In this document: in pieces, positions 13,371 through 26,316 of the stretch
Layout: the number at the start of each line of letters is the position of its first letter
Position numbering within the stretch: position 1 is the stretch's first letter
Source: Geosiphon pyriformis uo1
Taxonomy: Eukaryota > Fungi > Glomeromycota
Assembly (NCBI GenBank): GCA_016748015.1
Contig: JAAOMT010000525.1
Span: 1 to 64,000 of the forward strand
DNA length: 64,000 nucleotides
Direction of reading: 5' to 3'
Translations under genes and position numbers: made by a program
The notes under the pieces: model-generated
What the model was told of the DNA's origin: nothing
Databases searched by the model: none
The model's input: only the letters and a program-made list of their open reading frames with translations

Positions 13371-15287
13371 CTACATTTTATCGAAAACAGGAGCTTTGTG
13401 TTCCAACAACATCTCATTCTGGGGAGGTAAGCCAATGCAAGCACGGAAAAGATTCTCCATGGCCATGCGTTGCTTACTCAACGCATTGACTACGGGAGTT
13501 CCAGGTGGAACTAAGGGAGCTTTCAACATGAAGCTCAAAATAGAAAGAACCGCGTCGAAGGGGGCGTAATCTATCATGCCAGCAACTTTGTATTTGATGC
13601 GAGTCATCAATTCGGTAATAATGACTAGATCCAAAATTAGGGGAGAGGCCAAGAGGGAATCTTCGCATGTGTTGTAGATGGAGATAGTCTAATTTAATGA
13701 TAGTATTAGAGCTGAGGCGATTTGGAAGGATCCTTCTAAAAAGATTTAGAACATTTACTACTTACATTCCTACCACCCATAAAAATTTCAGAAACATATT
13801 CATCCAAAGCACGTTTGGAGTCACCAACAGACGGAACATATTTGATAACAACAACTGAAAAAGGTAGATAAAGTTTAATAAATACAAGAAATTTGAATTA
13901 TTTGATGTTAAGTTTTTTACCATGATCAGGATGTTCGCCTGGTTTATATAAAATTTTATTTGAGGCAACCATGTCATCAACAACATTGCTTTTGGAAATT
14001 TCTTTGGAACGAAATTGTTGTGGAGCAGATAAATTTTTTCCATCGTTATTTCCCAAATGGTTGTAAGAGGTAATACCGATGGGCTTAATACCAGCGCTGA
14101 CCAAGAAATCAACCAAGACAGATTTAACTTTAGTCTGACCAGATTTGAAATCATCACCACCGATATAAACACGTTCACGCTCAGCCAATTCAATGCACCC
14201 AGGCACAAATGTGTTTTGTGGGGAGCCATTGATGAAAGGTGTTTTCTCAAGAATACAAGCTATGGCGAAAATGGTCGATGGAGCGATCTCAGGATGACTT
14301 TTTTCAACAGCTGCTAAAAGATTATCTGCCGTATCATTAACTCCGGTAATGAGTTCACTATAACGCTCTGTATTAGCGGTCCAAATAACAATAACTTTGT
14401 CAAGTTCGTTGGTTCTCTTGAACTGTTGTATATCACTACGAATGCGTTCGATATGCTCTTTTTTATTGTTGCCAGGAATAAGATTATCCGCTCGATCGCT
14501 TTGGTTAGCAGCGATAAAATCAGGATAATAAATCGATGGTAATGGTTTCAACGATTCAAGCTCTGGCGTGATTTGACGCTGAAGATCATAATCAAGGACT
14601 TTGGCACGTTCCATAGCTTGCGCTAGATTAAGGGAACTTATATCCCAACCACCAATCACCAGATCATTAGGGTGAATCATAGGAAGAATTTGATTGAATG
14701 GAATGAATATGTCATTGCCCTTGAGATCAACTCCAAGCTTTAAGGTAGAGGCTTGTACCACAGATCCAAAGTAGTTTGGGTATTGTACACCTTCCTTGGT
14801 GACCCAAGAGATTTTTCTACGATTGGCAATAAGACTAGCCGTCAAAGTGGAACCATTGTTTCCGCCCCAACCTACCATCATCAGCCTTCAAATTAAAGTA
14901 GGTAAGAATTATAAGAATACAATTTTAATATATATGGATAGATTTTATTATCGGTTAGATGCTTCATCTAGAAAGCGACACAAACAACAAGGCTAAAAAT
15001 AGCGTTTTTTTGATCGATCAATAAACCAGATGAATCAACCCTATCTTCCTCATTAAATGGACTTACCCCACTTTGGGGATCTTCAATTCAGTCTTGAATT
15101 GATATTTAGTTTCAGTAGGGTTAACAATGTAGGTACCACTGGGGTTGGTGTGTACGGTAGCATTGGAATACACATAGTCGGCGAGAATATGACTGCTGGT
15201 ATAACGAACATTGGGTGCATTTACCCTGACCGGAATTACAGGTGTCCCGGGAGTTTCAGAAGGGAGTTGCTCGTTAAAAGGAGGCAT
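13371..15287 (-). CDS. INO1: Inositol-3-phosphate synthase, multi-exon
   Basis: [53 protein letters not shown] and [20 protein letters not shown] signature motifs. Confidence 0.97.
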
Positions 15288-16554
15288 ATTTATTAATTTG
15301 ATAGGTATATATATATAAGAGGAAATCGGAAAAGGATAAGCTAAAAAGATTTGGAAAAGGGTCCTTCGAGGCGACACTAGGAGGCGGTTTTGGGCTTTGC
15401 TGCAACTCTCTTACCTCCGCGGTAAGGGTTGTGGGTGGAGCTTAATAGATTTGCGAACGTGGTGGGCGAAATTTACTTGACAAAGCGAACTAGTTACCGC
15501 TTTGAAAATAGAACTACAGTGGTTTTTGAGTTGGAAGAGTAGTTTAATATCAAATCGAGCATATATATATACATATATTTTTGTGACAGCATTTTTAATC
15601 TCAGATTTTAGATTTTAGATTTCAATCGGTGATTGAAGAAAAACATAAATTTCAAGGCAATGGTAAAATCAAACTTCCGGAGTTGGTTACTGATCGAGAA
15701 ATTATGCAATATGATCTTGTATTATTTTACAGATGCTGGTATTATACTTAAAAATTTTTGACTTAGTTTCTCAGCTACTTTGCTTCACTGAAGCGGCTAA
15801 TTTGGTCAAATTATCAGGTCTAGTCATTTAGAATTTTTGGATATCATCGCTTAATTAATTACCGCGTAAATAGCCAAATTTCTAGTGTTGGTCCTCATGG
15901 GTTTCTAAACCTTCTTTTCAAAGCTGAAACTCATACAGTGCACGCATTTAAGGCTGGAAGAAATACACAAACATTATAAAAAACCAAAATTCATAAATTC
16001 GAAGAAATGACGTTTATTTCAAATTTGACACATTTAGAAGTCTTAAATTTGTGTTGGGTACACAAATTGAAAACTATTTGAAATTTAAATTTAATAACCA
16101 TTTATTAAATAATAATCTCCTCTGCGTAATAATCTTTAAAATAAAAAAAAGCGTTTATGTTGCATTTTGTCAATAAATTCAAAAAGAAAGATCCTAACTG
16201 ATGATGATTATCAAAGCTCAAGATCAATAATATTTTTTCATTTACCCATTTTTTGAGTTTTAAACTCGACTGCAGGAGGTTTATTATTGTACTTCTTGAA
16301 ATTGAAAGAGGTGAGGATTGTGATTCCAAATTTAAAATATATCTAAAGTTGGTGAAAAAACTATAACTGGCAAAAAATTTTATAGAAATATATGTCTATA
16401 ACATTACTCTAATTTATTATGCCAGCAAGTTTATGGGGCAAATTACAAATAATTAGTTTATTTATTTTAGAAAGTGATTTCATATATTATGAAAAATGAT
16501 ATGCTATATTGAATAGTGTATTGATACATGAGGTATTATATTATGAAAAAAAAA

Positions 16555-18361
16555 TTATTTTTTCTTTTCAGATATGCCTTTGACAAATCCTTTTTGATCT
16601 TCATTAGATAGTTCTTCTAATGTCAAACCTTTGGTCTCTGGTATTAGGAGGGTAGACAGGAGGCCCAAGAACATAAAGATTGCGAATATTTTGATTAAAT
16701 TTGGGACAAATGCCTCGGTTCCCCCAATATCTTTCATTTGAGTAAATCCAACTTGAGCAATAACGGCACCCAATTTTCCAGAAGCAGCTGAAATCCCATG
16801 GCCTGTTGATCGATAACGTGTCGGGAAGACTTCACCTGGTATAATGAAAGTTGTGGAATTGGGGCCAAAGTTTTGGAAGAACTAAAACACAAAAGAAAAG
16901 TTAGAATTTTTTTTTTGACGCTTTGAGCAAATTTTTTATCTTGAGAAAATTTACCTGCGACAAAGTGAATATTGCGATGAATAAAGTGGTAGAAACGTTG
17001 ATAATCTGGTGGTACCAAAACCCAAGAATGATGAAGATGATCGTGAGATTGGCGAAGCCCATGAGCTGAATTGGTTTTCGTCCCCATTTATCAACAAAAA
17101 AAACGGTAAACCAGTATCCAGGTACTGTGCCCATGAGCGCAATAAGAACGTTTCCAACTGCAATTTTTTGTAATGCTGTATAAGGATCGCTCCCTCCCGA
17201 GAAGCCGATATTGCGTAAGATGATACTATTATTAAGGCTAATTCCGTAATAAGCAACGTCCAAGGTAAACCAAGAGAGTGAAGTGCCCAGCAAGATTTTC
17301 CCATTTTCCCATTTTCCAAAATAATTAACGAAATCTGCCCAAGTGTGTTTTGGCGCTTCGACACGGGTAACCGGAGCATCAGGATCAGGTTTTTCATATG
17401 TACCAGATACCAAAACTGAGTTAATATCTTTGGTAGCTCGTTCAATGTCCCTTTCAATGTCCATAGTATATCTTGGAGTTTCAGGAATGGTGAGTCGGAA
17501 ATAAAGAGCTACCATGCCGGGGACAGCTCCCAAACCAAGTACAAGACGCCAGCAATAGTCGACATTTTGTACATTATCACGAATAGACCCCTTATATGCT
17601 GCTAACACGACAACTGATACGATGGCCGCGGCCAAGATACCAAAACCTTGCATAGCAAATACGGCTCCAATCATAGCACCTCTATTTTTCGTGGTCGCAA
17701 ATTCCGAGGTAATTACAGCAGATAGTGGATAATCACCACCGATACCGACACCGAGAATTACGCGCCAAAAGATTAGAGTACCAGAAACTGTAACAGCGAA
17801 AGAATTTCCTGATAAGGCTGAACCAAGGGTAGCAACCACAATAATCATTAGTTCAATTCCGTACATCTAATAAGAAAAAGAGTAAAGAATTGAAAGCAGT
17901 GAAAATTTAAATTTCATTAGTAAAAAATCCATCGAAAAAAACTTCAAAAAAATAATTTTTATCAAATGACTCACTCTCTTTCTCCCAAGTCTGTCGGCTA
18001 ACCAACCGAAGACCAATTGGCCAATGAAAGTTCCAGCGGCAGCAGAAGCTTTCAAACCCAAATCAATATCTTTGGGTACCTTATTTTTATTATCGGCAAA
18101 ATAGACATACCCAAGCATGGCGGATACAAGATTGATTGCAAACAAATCGTAAGCATCAGTGAAGAAACCTATTCCTGCGACCATACAAGCTCTTATGTGA
18201 AACCAGCCAAATTTGGCATTATCGATTTGAGCGAGAGCGGCACGACGTTTAGCGTCTAAATCGTGTTGTTGTTGTTGACGTTGTTGTAGGTTGACATCTG
18301 GATGCGGGCGACTTTCTTCTACGCCCGTATAAGCGGAGGAAATTTTTTCATCAGATGCCAT
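16555..18361 (-). CDS. PHO84: High-affinity phosphate:H+ symporter (PHS family, Pho84/PT1-like), 3 exons
   Basis: GFFTDAYDLF, GGDYPLSAVITSE, YFRLTIPETPRYT and FGPNSTTFIIPGEVFPTRYRSTGHGISAASGK motifs. Confidence 0.95.
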
Positions 18362-19513
18362 TTTTTTCTAATTTAAAAACTATTTTTTGTTTGTTTGTTT
18401 GTTATTTGGTAAAATTAAATTTTTTTTCTATGTTTTATAGATAGGACAATCTATTATTTACAAGCAGATGTGGCGGTAAAGGAAGATTGAAAAAAAAAGG
18501 GTTACTGTTGAGAATTTAATGGTGAGACTCGTAAAAAATCACGTAATCTGTGAATCTTTTCTCTTGTTTTAACAGCAACTCATCGAATTGAGTAGATGAG
18601 GTATCGAGTGAAGAATTCAACGAACTTGGTATTTAACAGTTTTTTTCAGAGCCATCTTACAATTTATAATCTGTTGTTAGTAGTATAGTACTATTTAGAA
18701 TACAAATGCATTAAGACACAATATATTTTGTAAAGAATTTCAACTTGAAAAACCAAAGTGAGGTTAGCGAACGAAGTAAATTTCTGGATTGAAGAGCGTG
18801 GTTTGATAGTGCAAGATGACTGGATAGGGATTTTTTTTGTATATCTTCAGGTTTTTTTTTTGATTGACACAAAACCCAAACCGAAAATTGCCTAACATCA
18901 AATATGATTACCCATGTTATTGCCCGCGTGATACGGATGAGATAATTTTGACTAGTGTAGTTTTATATATATTCATTCCTTAAAATTTTTGGTAATTTTG
19001 ACTAAAATATCTTTTGAGACGCATGGGTTTATTGTTTAGGTTTGATGGAAATTTTTTGAATGGGGGGAATGAATTCACCGGCCAATTAAACTTGAACTAT
19101 TTTCAATAGTGATATAATATTCCAATTTATTGGCTTCTAATGTTTCCACTCACATTCTTTTGAATAAACATCAAGTTAGAGTTGAGGAAATTTTTCGAAA
19201 TTGGGATTTAATTTTGTAATTATCTAACAAGATCAAATATGGAGATTATGCACAATTACGCCCTATTAAAATTCCAAACATCAACATAATTGATATTAAA
19301 AGTTTTTCAAAGAAATGAAAAATAGTCGATCATCTAAATTATTGATAGTAGCACGGGATCTTGTGCTCTAGATTTGGCGTAAATAATGATCGAACCTAGG
19401 TGACAAAATATGGGAGGAGAGGCAAAAAGCAAAAAAAAAGGTCGTGTTAAAAATTCATCTTTTTACTGGCGGGAATAAGAATTTTAGGAGATGATTTATA
19501 ACAGAATAAATAA

Positions 19514-19515
<2 letters not shown>

Positions 19516-19579
<64 letters not shown>
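19516..19579. repeat. Poly(T) homopolymer, ~64 nt
   Basis: Directly visible run of T. Confidence 0.9.
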
Positions 19580-19581
<2 letters not shown>

Positions 19582-21186
19582 AGTATATTGTTGAATTGCA
19601 GAGATAAATTTTAAATTCTCACTGGATGAACACAGAAAGGGATTGTTCCGACTTTTTGATTATTATTTGTATTTTGTTTATGTTACAAAATGAATTTAAA
19701 ATTTTCATGTAACGTTAAGGTTTCAACTACATCGGTATGTTTGGGCGTAAAATTTTTGGTGTCTGTGCTTACAGAGCTTCTTGCTAATTCGAAGAGCAAT
19801 AATATGGCCTGAAGCTATCCTAAGTTGAAATACAAATGTGGCTTATCCGTTATTAAATACCAAGGTAATTGGGATTTCTTTCAAATCGAGTAAGTAAACT
19901 TTTTTTCCTATTATGAAATAAATTTTTTTAACATCTTTACATCACGCGTCTAATGCCAATCAAAAAAGTCTAGGACAATTTGAAAATTCGTACAAGGAAA
20001 TGATATGCGTTTAAATGGTTCGATTCATAGGCAGAGAGCTTAACAAAGAAATAGTTTGTTAAATCACAGACGAGGTAGCGTGGTCTAAAAAAAGGTTCAA
20101 TTGGAAAATTTCTAGATTTCTAGATTTCTAGATTTTCTAGATTTTTTCTAATTTTCTATCTATAGGTTGAAAAATTGAAACCGAACACATGAAAAAATTT
20201 AATAGAAAGAAAACGAAGAAAAGGTGATATCCAGCGGGGAATTAAGGACCATCAGGTAACCTATTGTCCTACAACTTTTTTGATTTTAGTGACATGAATT
20301 CATTCTTACATGTACAATTGCGTGATCAGATATGCAGGGTAATTTTAACATTATTCCCCGACAGTAGATCATTCATGGTAAATTTCTAAGATTAGTCTCA
20401 TTTAATTATCCTGTGGCTTAAAAAATAGGTATTCAATGCTAAATGGTAGACATGACTCATTGCAGACAAGGCTGAAAGACATTTGTGTGACCAATATTTG
20501 AATGATTGATCTTTTTAGAAAGAGACTAACTTTTAATGGAATATATGTAAAGTTAACGCCTATAACACACAATTTTAGTTCAAGTTAAAGATACAAAAAA
20601 TACTTGAATATTTGCTTCTATTAAAAATAAAAAACATTGGATTTGATTTTAATTTGAAATATATATTATCAATCATTTTTTCAAAGTTATCGAATTTGAT
20701 AACCAATTAAATCCAAGATCTTTCACACATTTTTTGTTTTTATATCACAAAATTATTATGAAAAAAAAAAAAAAAAAAATACAAAGGAAAATTTTAATTC
20801 CAAATTTTATTTATTTGTTTTTTAGCATTCCGAAGGAAATGTTAAAAATTTATTTAATATTTTTATTATGAAGAAGATAATGGCTGAACGGATTTGGGAA
20901 GAGTAAGTAGGGAAATAACTCATGTGCTTTGTCAAAATCACATAAAACTGATCAAGAAAAGAATGAATAATTAAAGTTTTTAATTTTCTTTCCAAATAAT
21001 CTATATTACTTTCATGTGTGTTACTATTTATATTAATGGTGGAACACCGACTTTTTGGCTAACTGTGTTCGCTATTTCCGAGTTGGTAATTGCAGAGAGT
21101 ATCCTTATTAATTGATTTCATATTTCTATCCACAACGTTCCAGATGTTTTTGGCTTGAGTGTGTGATGTTAAAAAAAGGTAATTAC

Positions 21187-21192
21187 CACGTG
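21187..21192. promoter_or_regulatory. CACGTG E-box, possible Pho4-type site ~2.8 kb upstream of the phosphate transporter
   Basis: Single CACGTG in an AT-rich upstream region. Could be chance. Confidence 0.2.
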
Positions 21193-21391
21193 CCCAGTTG
21201 TAATATTTACCTTTTTTGACTCTGCACACACCTTAACTCACCTGGCTGGATTTTCGAATCACATAATTCCCCAAGCTAACATAAGGTAGTACAATTCCCA
21301 CAGTCCCGATCTTGCGAAACACGACAAGTTTTTTAAATTTTATAACACAAGTTTTTTATTTAAACCTGAGGAAAAATCATTTAATTAGATG

Positions 21392-21393
<2 letters not shown>

Positions 21394-21439
<46 letters not shown>
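21394..21439. repeat. Poly(T) homopolymer, ~46 nt
   Basis: Directly visible; borders an extremely AT-rich block. Confidence 0.9.
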
Positions 21440-21499
21440 CAAAGTTTTCAATTTAAAAAATTTTAATTATCCTTGTTTCAATCACAGAATTTTCATATC

Positions 21500-22650
21500 A
21501 ACAAAATTTTGTAAAAAGAATTTATTAAATAATGATCATGAAAAATATATATTATTAATATCAAAAAGAAAATATAAAAACATTATTAATAATGTATTTA
21601 AAAATAGTATCAAAATTAAAAATAATATAAAATATACAAGTTTTTATTATTAAAATTAAAAAAATTTGGATGTTTGGTCATAAGTTTTTGTTGTATAATA
21701 AAAAGATCTTACTTTGTTATAGCAATTTAAAATATATATATATATATACATATATTATTTATAAAAAACATGTTATTATTAAAAATTTTTGTACTTTTTT
21801 TTAATGTTGTTGAAAAGTTTAAAAATGCTTTATTAACAATATTATTAAGTATTTTAATTATAGAAATGATTAATTTTATTTTCTAAATTATTACAATTAT
21901 AATTTAAATAAAATAAATTCTTATAAAAAATTTTTATTTGTAAGCTATTCAATATAATATGTTTAATTTTTGTGTTAAAGTCATTCACTAAAAGTTGTAA
22001 TTAGTTTAAACTAATTATGATAATAAAGAAAAAAAAATAAGAAAAAAAAATTAAAATAAAATTTTAAGATATATTTTTTTATAAAAAAACTTTTTTTATA
22101 TATTTTTTAAGTAGTAATATTATTTCAAAAATTAAATATATATTTTGATAAATTATTATATATTTTAGTAAACTATTAAATATTTTGGTAAATTAATAAA
22201 AAAATTTTAATTTATAATATTTGTGTTTTTTATATAATTTAATTTATTAATTAAATAATAATTATTAGTAATTTTGGTTAAGTAATAATTAAATAATTAA
22301 TAATAAATGCAAAATTAAAATTAATACCTAATTAATAAATAATAATAATAATAATAATTTTATGCTAATTATTAACTTAAATTTCAATTAATAACAATAT
22401 TAAAAAATAAATTCAATAATAATAAATATTTTAAAATTATAAATGTTTAAAATATTTTTTTATTGAATTTATTTTAATATATATATATTTAAGAATATTA
22501 AAAAATAAAATATAATTAAATTATAAAATTATTGCAAAAAAAAATTAATATATTTAATGAAAATTTTATTTAAAAAAAAAAGGTCTATAATTCAAATTTT
22601 ATCAAGTATTCAAAATTATATAATTAAATTTTTAGTAATACAATGTCAAG
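21500..22650. repeat. Extremely AT-rich block, probable hyper-degenerate TE relic
   Basis: Nearly devoid of G/C and without ORFs. Similar blocks at ~28.9-29.8, 30.6-31.5 and 35.6-37.75 kb. Confidence 0.4.
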
Positions 22651-24441
22651 AAAAAGTGCACAACTATTATACTAATTTTATCGACTAAATAATTTAAACC
22701 TTCTGTTTAATTGATTCGTAATATTGCCAAAGGAAACAAATCAATCTTAATAAAGTAAAGAATGTGCTACAAAAACTCATTTTTCATGACCTGAAAGGCT
22801 TTGTGGTCGATCAGAACGTTTTTTGGCTTGTGTCGAACCCGTTTCTCGATACAATTTTAATTATTGTGACAAAGAATTATTTAAGTTGACACTACCAAAG
22901 ATGGATACCAATAAATAATATGTTCACGCTGCTCTGTAGTTAACTCATTTTCCCCACATGCTGGATATGGCAAACTCTAATTTGTCAGCACTGAACCTTG
23001 GGTCAGGTTTACGCGTAAAAACAGAAGAAAAACGCGATCACAAAATATGCATGGTTCCGCGATTGACATTATGCGTGACGATTTTGGTAATGTGTGCATA
23101 ATCAGTTTAATGGAAAAAAGATGTAAATTCTCAAATGATTAACCACACTGAATTTTAGCATTTAATTAATTTAGCATTATTTGTTTTAATAAAATAAGAT
23201 TCTTGCATACTATATTTTCTAATTATGTACAATAATTTATCTCTCAAAGATTGAAAAATGCCTTTTTTTAATAAGACAGACCTATGAAAAATTAATCATA
23301 AAGAATTTAAATTATAAATCTGTGATTTTCCCAATGTTTAAAAAGAAATTTTTATGAAGACAATTTTTTGATTGTAGAATTAAAAGCTGCTCATGTCTGT
23401 TACCAATTTTTAGCGAAAGATCGACTCGTTTCTCAGAAAATTTCAAAGATATTAAGCTAATTGCACTCGATCACTGGCTCGTATTCTTATCAGGCCAAAA
23501 TTAGTACTTTGAAACTCTTTAAAATTATGAAACTTATCTTTGATTTAAAATTTTACATATATATTATAAACAGTCCATCACTAAAAAAGGTTGGTCAAAG
23601 TTAAGCCAATTTCTAGATTAATTTTAATAATACTTTTAGCTTTTTTCACTCATTTTAAGTCAAAAAAAAAAAACAACGTTTGGTTGGAGAATTAATATTC
23701 TTCTGAGTCAATCTTAAAATTAAATTTATGTGTCTTTGACTCCCAGTTTTAGCTACAATCCTTGAAACCTTATAAACAACAAATATTTTGTGTTCATAGT
23801 TTGACGGCACAATATTTATCTAATATTTATGATAGGAGTTTCATATTATGAAACTTTTCAAATAAGGAAGGTTAATCATATTATTTCGTCATGATTTTAT
23901 AACATGCCACAAAAAATTTAGCTTTTATTAATTACATCTGATCTTTTTTCTTTTCTTCGCTTTTTGCGGAAATCAGCTTTATTTTTACAATACCAAAAAA
24001 TAAAATGTTTTAAACAGTTTCTATTTGAAGCTACGATAAATCCAAAAAAAAAAAAAAGAAAAACAGAATTTTAAAAGAGCATTGAATTTTGAAACAAAAT
24101 TTATATTGATCAAAATAATGTGTAATTTTTATTATTTCTTATGTCAACAGTAAATACAGGAAAATCATCGGATTCATTAATTCGTTTAAAATTAATAAAG
24201 GAATAAATGTTTTTATTCCTATATCTAATTTACACAATTCTTTTCTAGAACACACAAAAATTTAAACTGAAATAAATAAAGACAAATATACAAGAAACAA
24301 AACCTATTTATATAGGCTTGTAGTTTACAAAGGTTTATCTAATCGTGAAGTGGGATCAGGAGAATAATTAAACTGGTCGTTTCATCGAATAAAGGAAAGT
24401 ATATACTTCTATGGTTTAATAGTTTAATGTTTGTAAAGCAA

Positions 24442-26316
24442 TCATTGCTTGCCTTTTTTGAGGGGTGCAAATCCAACAGCCAAATTCTTTTGATCGTAAA
24501 CGGAATAGACGTTCTTGAGGAAAGTATCACCAACCAACCATTGCTCATCACCACCAATCGTACCCCCAGCAATTCCCGATATGCATAATCCACGTTTACT
24601 AATCGGTTCACGGGCCAAATCTTTGGGCGAAATTTCATATGAAACACCACCAAAAGTTAAAGAGACAACAGCTTTAGTGTCGCATGGCACAAAGAATTGA
24701 CCTTGTTGTTCAACTGAGCCATCGATGGCTTTATGAATTTTAGAGGCATCACTTGGTGGAGCAATCAAAAGACTCGTGCCAGTATCGATGATAGCAGTTT
24801 TTGACCTGAATCCAAGAGATTTACCGTTGACGGTCGCATCGTCCATAGCAATTTCCCAGAACCCGACGTTGTTTATAACTTTATTGAATTTCGGTGAGCC
24901 GCTAATTAACGAGGAGTCGATACCACCAAGGGTCAATTGACTATTTTGTTCGGTGTTATCATCCTTGCGACCAAGATAAAATCCGAAAATAGGTTCTTTT
25001 ACGGCACCTTGTTCGACTAATAAAGTGAAAAGAGTCTTTGCTTTTTGGTTACTCAATTGACTCAGAGCCATACCGAGGATACCGTCGAAAGGTGCATCAG
25101 CAAAATCTTCTGACATACTTGTAGTGAGGCCAAATATCTGATTTTTGGTTCCTGTACCACTAACTTGAACATTATCAATACCGATAATACCGGAAACACT
25201 ACCAGTACCATACTGGATTTGCCAATCTTTATTGTGGGTAACAAAACCTTTACTCTTTTTTGGGTCGAAACTTTTATGGTTCTGGCACGCAGAGTCCCTA
25301 CAATCTTGCGCTGGTATCCAAAGGTCTGCGGATCCAGTGTCAAAAATAACGCTGAAAGTTTGACCTCCGATTTGGACCTCACCATGATAACCTATATCAT
25401 TACCAAAGTCTTTGAGAGGATTTGAGAAACCATTGGAACTGCCTGAATTTTTTCCTGGATTTTTTCCATTTGACCCAGTTCCATCATCGGTCGAATCGGT
25501 GGTATTTCTACCCGAACTTCCTGATTTTTTTCCTGGATTTTTTCCATTTGATCCAGTTCCATCTTCGCTCGAATCGGTGGTATTCCTACCTGAACTTCCT
25601 GAATTTTTTCCATTTGATCCAAATCCACCATCTTCCGAGTCGGTGGTATTTCTACCCGAACTTCCTGAATTTTTTCCCGGATTTTTTCCATTTTTTCCTT
25701 TTCCAGTGGATTTTGTGGGGGCTTTACCAGAACTTCCTGAATCACCAAATGGGTCATCATTTGTATCATCGGAGCCAGAGCTACCAAATGGGTCATTACT
25801 AGTATCATCAGAGCCAGAACTACCAAATGGGTCATCATTGGTACTGCCAGAGTCAGAGTTACTAAATGGATCATCGTTGGTACTGTGGGAACCAATATCA
25901 CCAAATGGGTTATCGAATCCAAGTTGACCAAACAAATCATCAAATCCGGAGTCACTAGAATCATCGTCTGATTTGAGCTTTGTGTGATTATGGGAGGCAT
26001 TGACTTTTTGTTTCTTGTTCAAGGAAATGAAGGATTTGGGGGCACTGGCACCGACAAGTGGTTGATGCGCAGCTGCTAACATTTGTAGAGCCTCCGGGCC
26101 AGTACGATGTGCACTCACGGCTAATTTAATGTTGGTTTCATATTTTAAAACTGCGAAATTCATGTTAACTTTTCGTTTTTGTTGCCACGTTAGATCGGAC
26201 CCTTTATCAGATTTTTTTAAAGTGATTTTATAAGTGGGGGGTTTTGCAGTGGGTGCTGCATCAATGGTGAGTGCCGTTGTGGCCATTAAAAGAGATAAAA
26301 CTAATAGAAACTTCAT
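24442..26316 (-). CDS. Secreted pepsin-family (A1) aspartic protease with a repeat-expanded prosegment, intronless
   Basis: Signal peptide MKFLLVLSLLMATTALT, catalytic FDTGSAD and IIDTGTS, flap IQYGTG, DGILGMA and GDTFLKNVYSVYD. Confidence 0.93.
   Translation of the reverse strand: MKFLLVLSLLMATTALTIDAAPTAKPPTYKITLKKSDKGSDLTWQQKRKVNMNFAVLKYETNIKLAVSAHRTGPEALQMLAAAHQPLVGASAPKSFISLNKKQKVNASHNHTKLKSDDDSSDSGFDDLFGQLGFDNPFGDIGSHSTNDDPFSNSDSGSTNDDPFGSSGSDDTSNDPFGSSGSDDTNDDPFGDSGSSGKAPTKSTGKGKNGKNPGKNSGSSGRNTTDSEDGGFGSNGKNSGSSGRNTTDSSEDGTGSNGKNPGKKSGSSGRNTTDSTDDGTGSNGKNPGKNSGSSNGFSNPLKDFGNDIGYHGEVQIGGQTFSVIFDTGSADLWIPAQDCRDSACQNHKSFDPKKSKGFVTHNKDWQIQYGTGSVSGIIGIDNVQVSGTGTKNQIFGLTTSMSEDFADAPFDGILGMALSQLSNQKAKTLFTLLVEQGAVKEPIFGFYLGRKDDNTEQNSQLTLGGIDSSLISGSPKFNKVINNVGFWEIAMDDATVNGKSLGFRSKTAIIDTGTSLLIAPPSDASKIHKAIDGSVEQQGQFFVPCDTKAVVSLTFGGVSYEISPKDLAREPISKRGLCISGIAGGTIGGDEQWLVGDTFLKNVYSVYDQKNLAVGFAPLKKGKQ
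25437..25920 (-). repeat. Two coding tandem arrays in the protease prosegment: 5 x 39 nt (xDPFG..GSDD) and ~4 x ~60-66 nt (GKNPGKNSGSSGRNTTDS)
   Basis: ccaaatgggtcat-like units at 25745, 25784, 25823, 25862 and 25901 (39-nt period). The second array spans ~25437-25700. Confidence 0.9.

Noticed and set aside
19516-19579. Poly(T) runs as retrotransposon or retrogene tails
   Set aside because: No adjacent recognisable element body or TSD, and homopolymer length may be inflated by sequencing error.
25412-25927. 171-aa Pro/Phe-rich repeat ORF on the plus strand
   Set aside because: Antisense shadow of the coding repeats in the aspartic protease.
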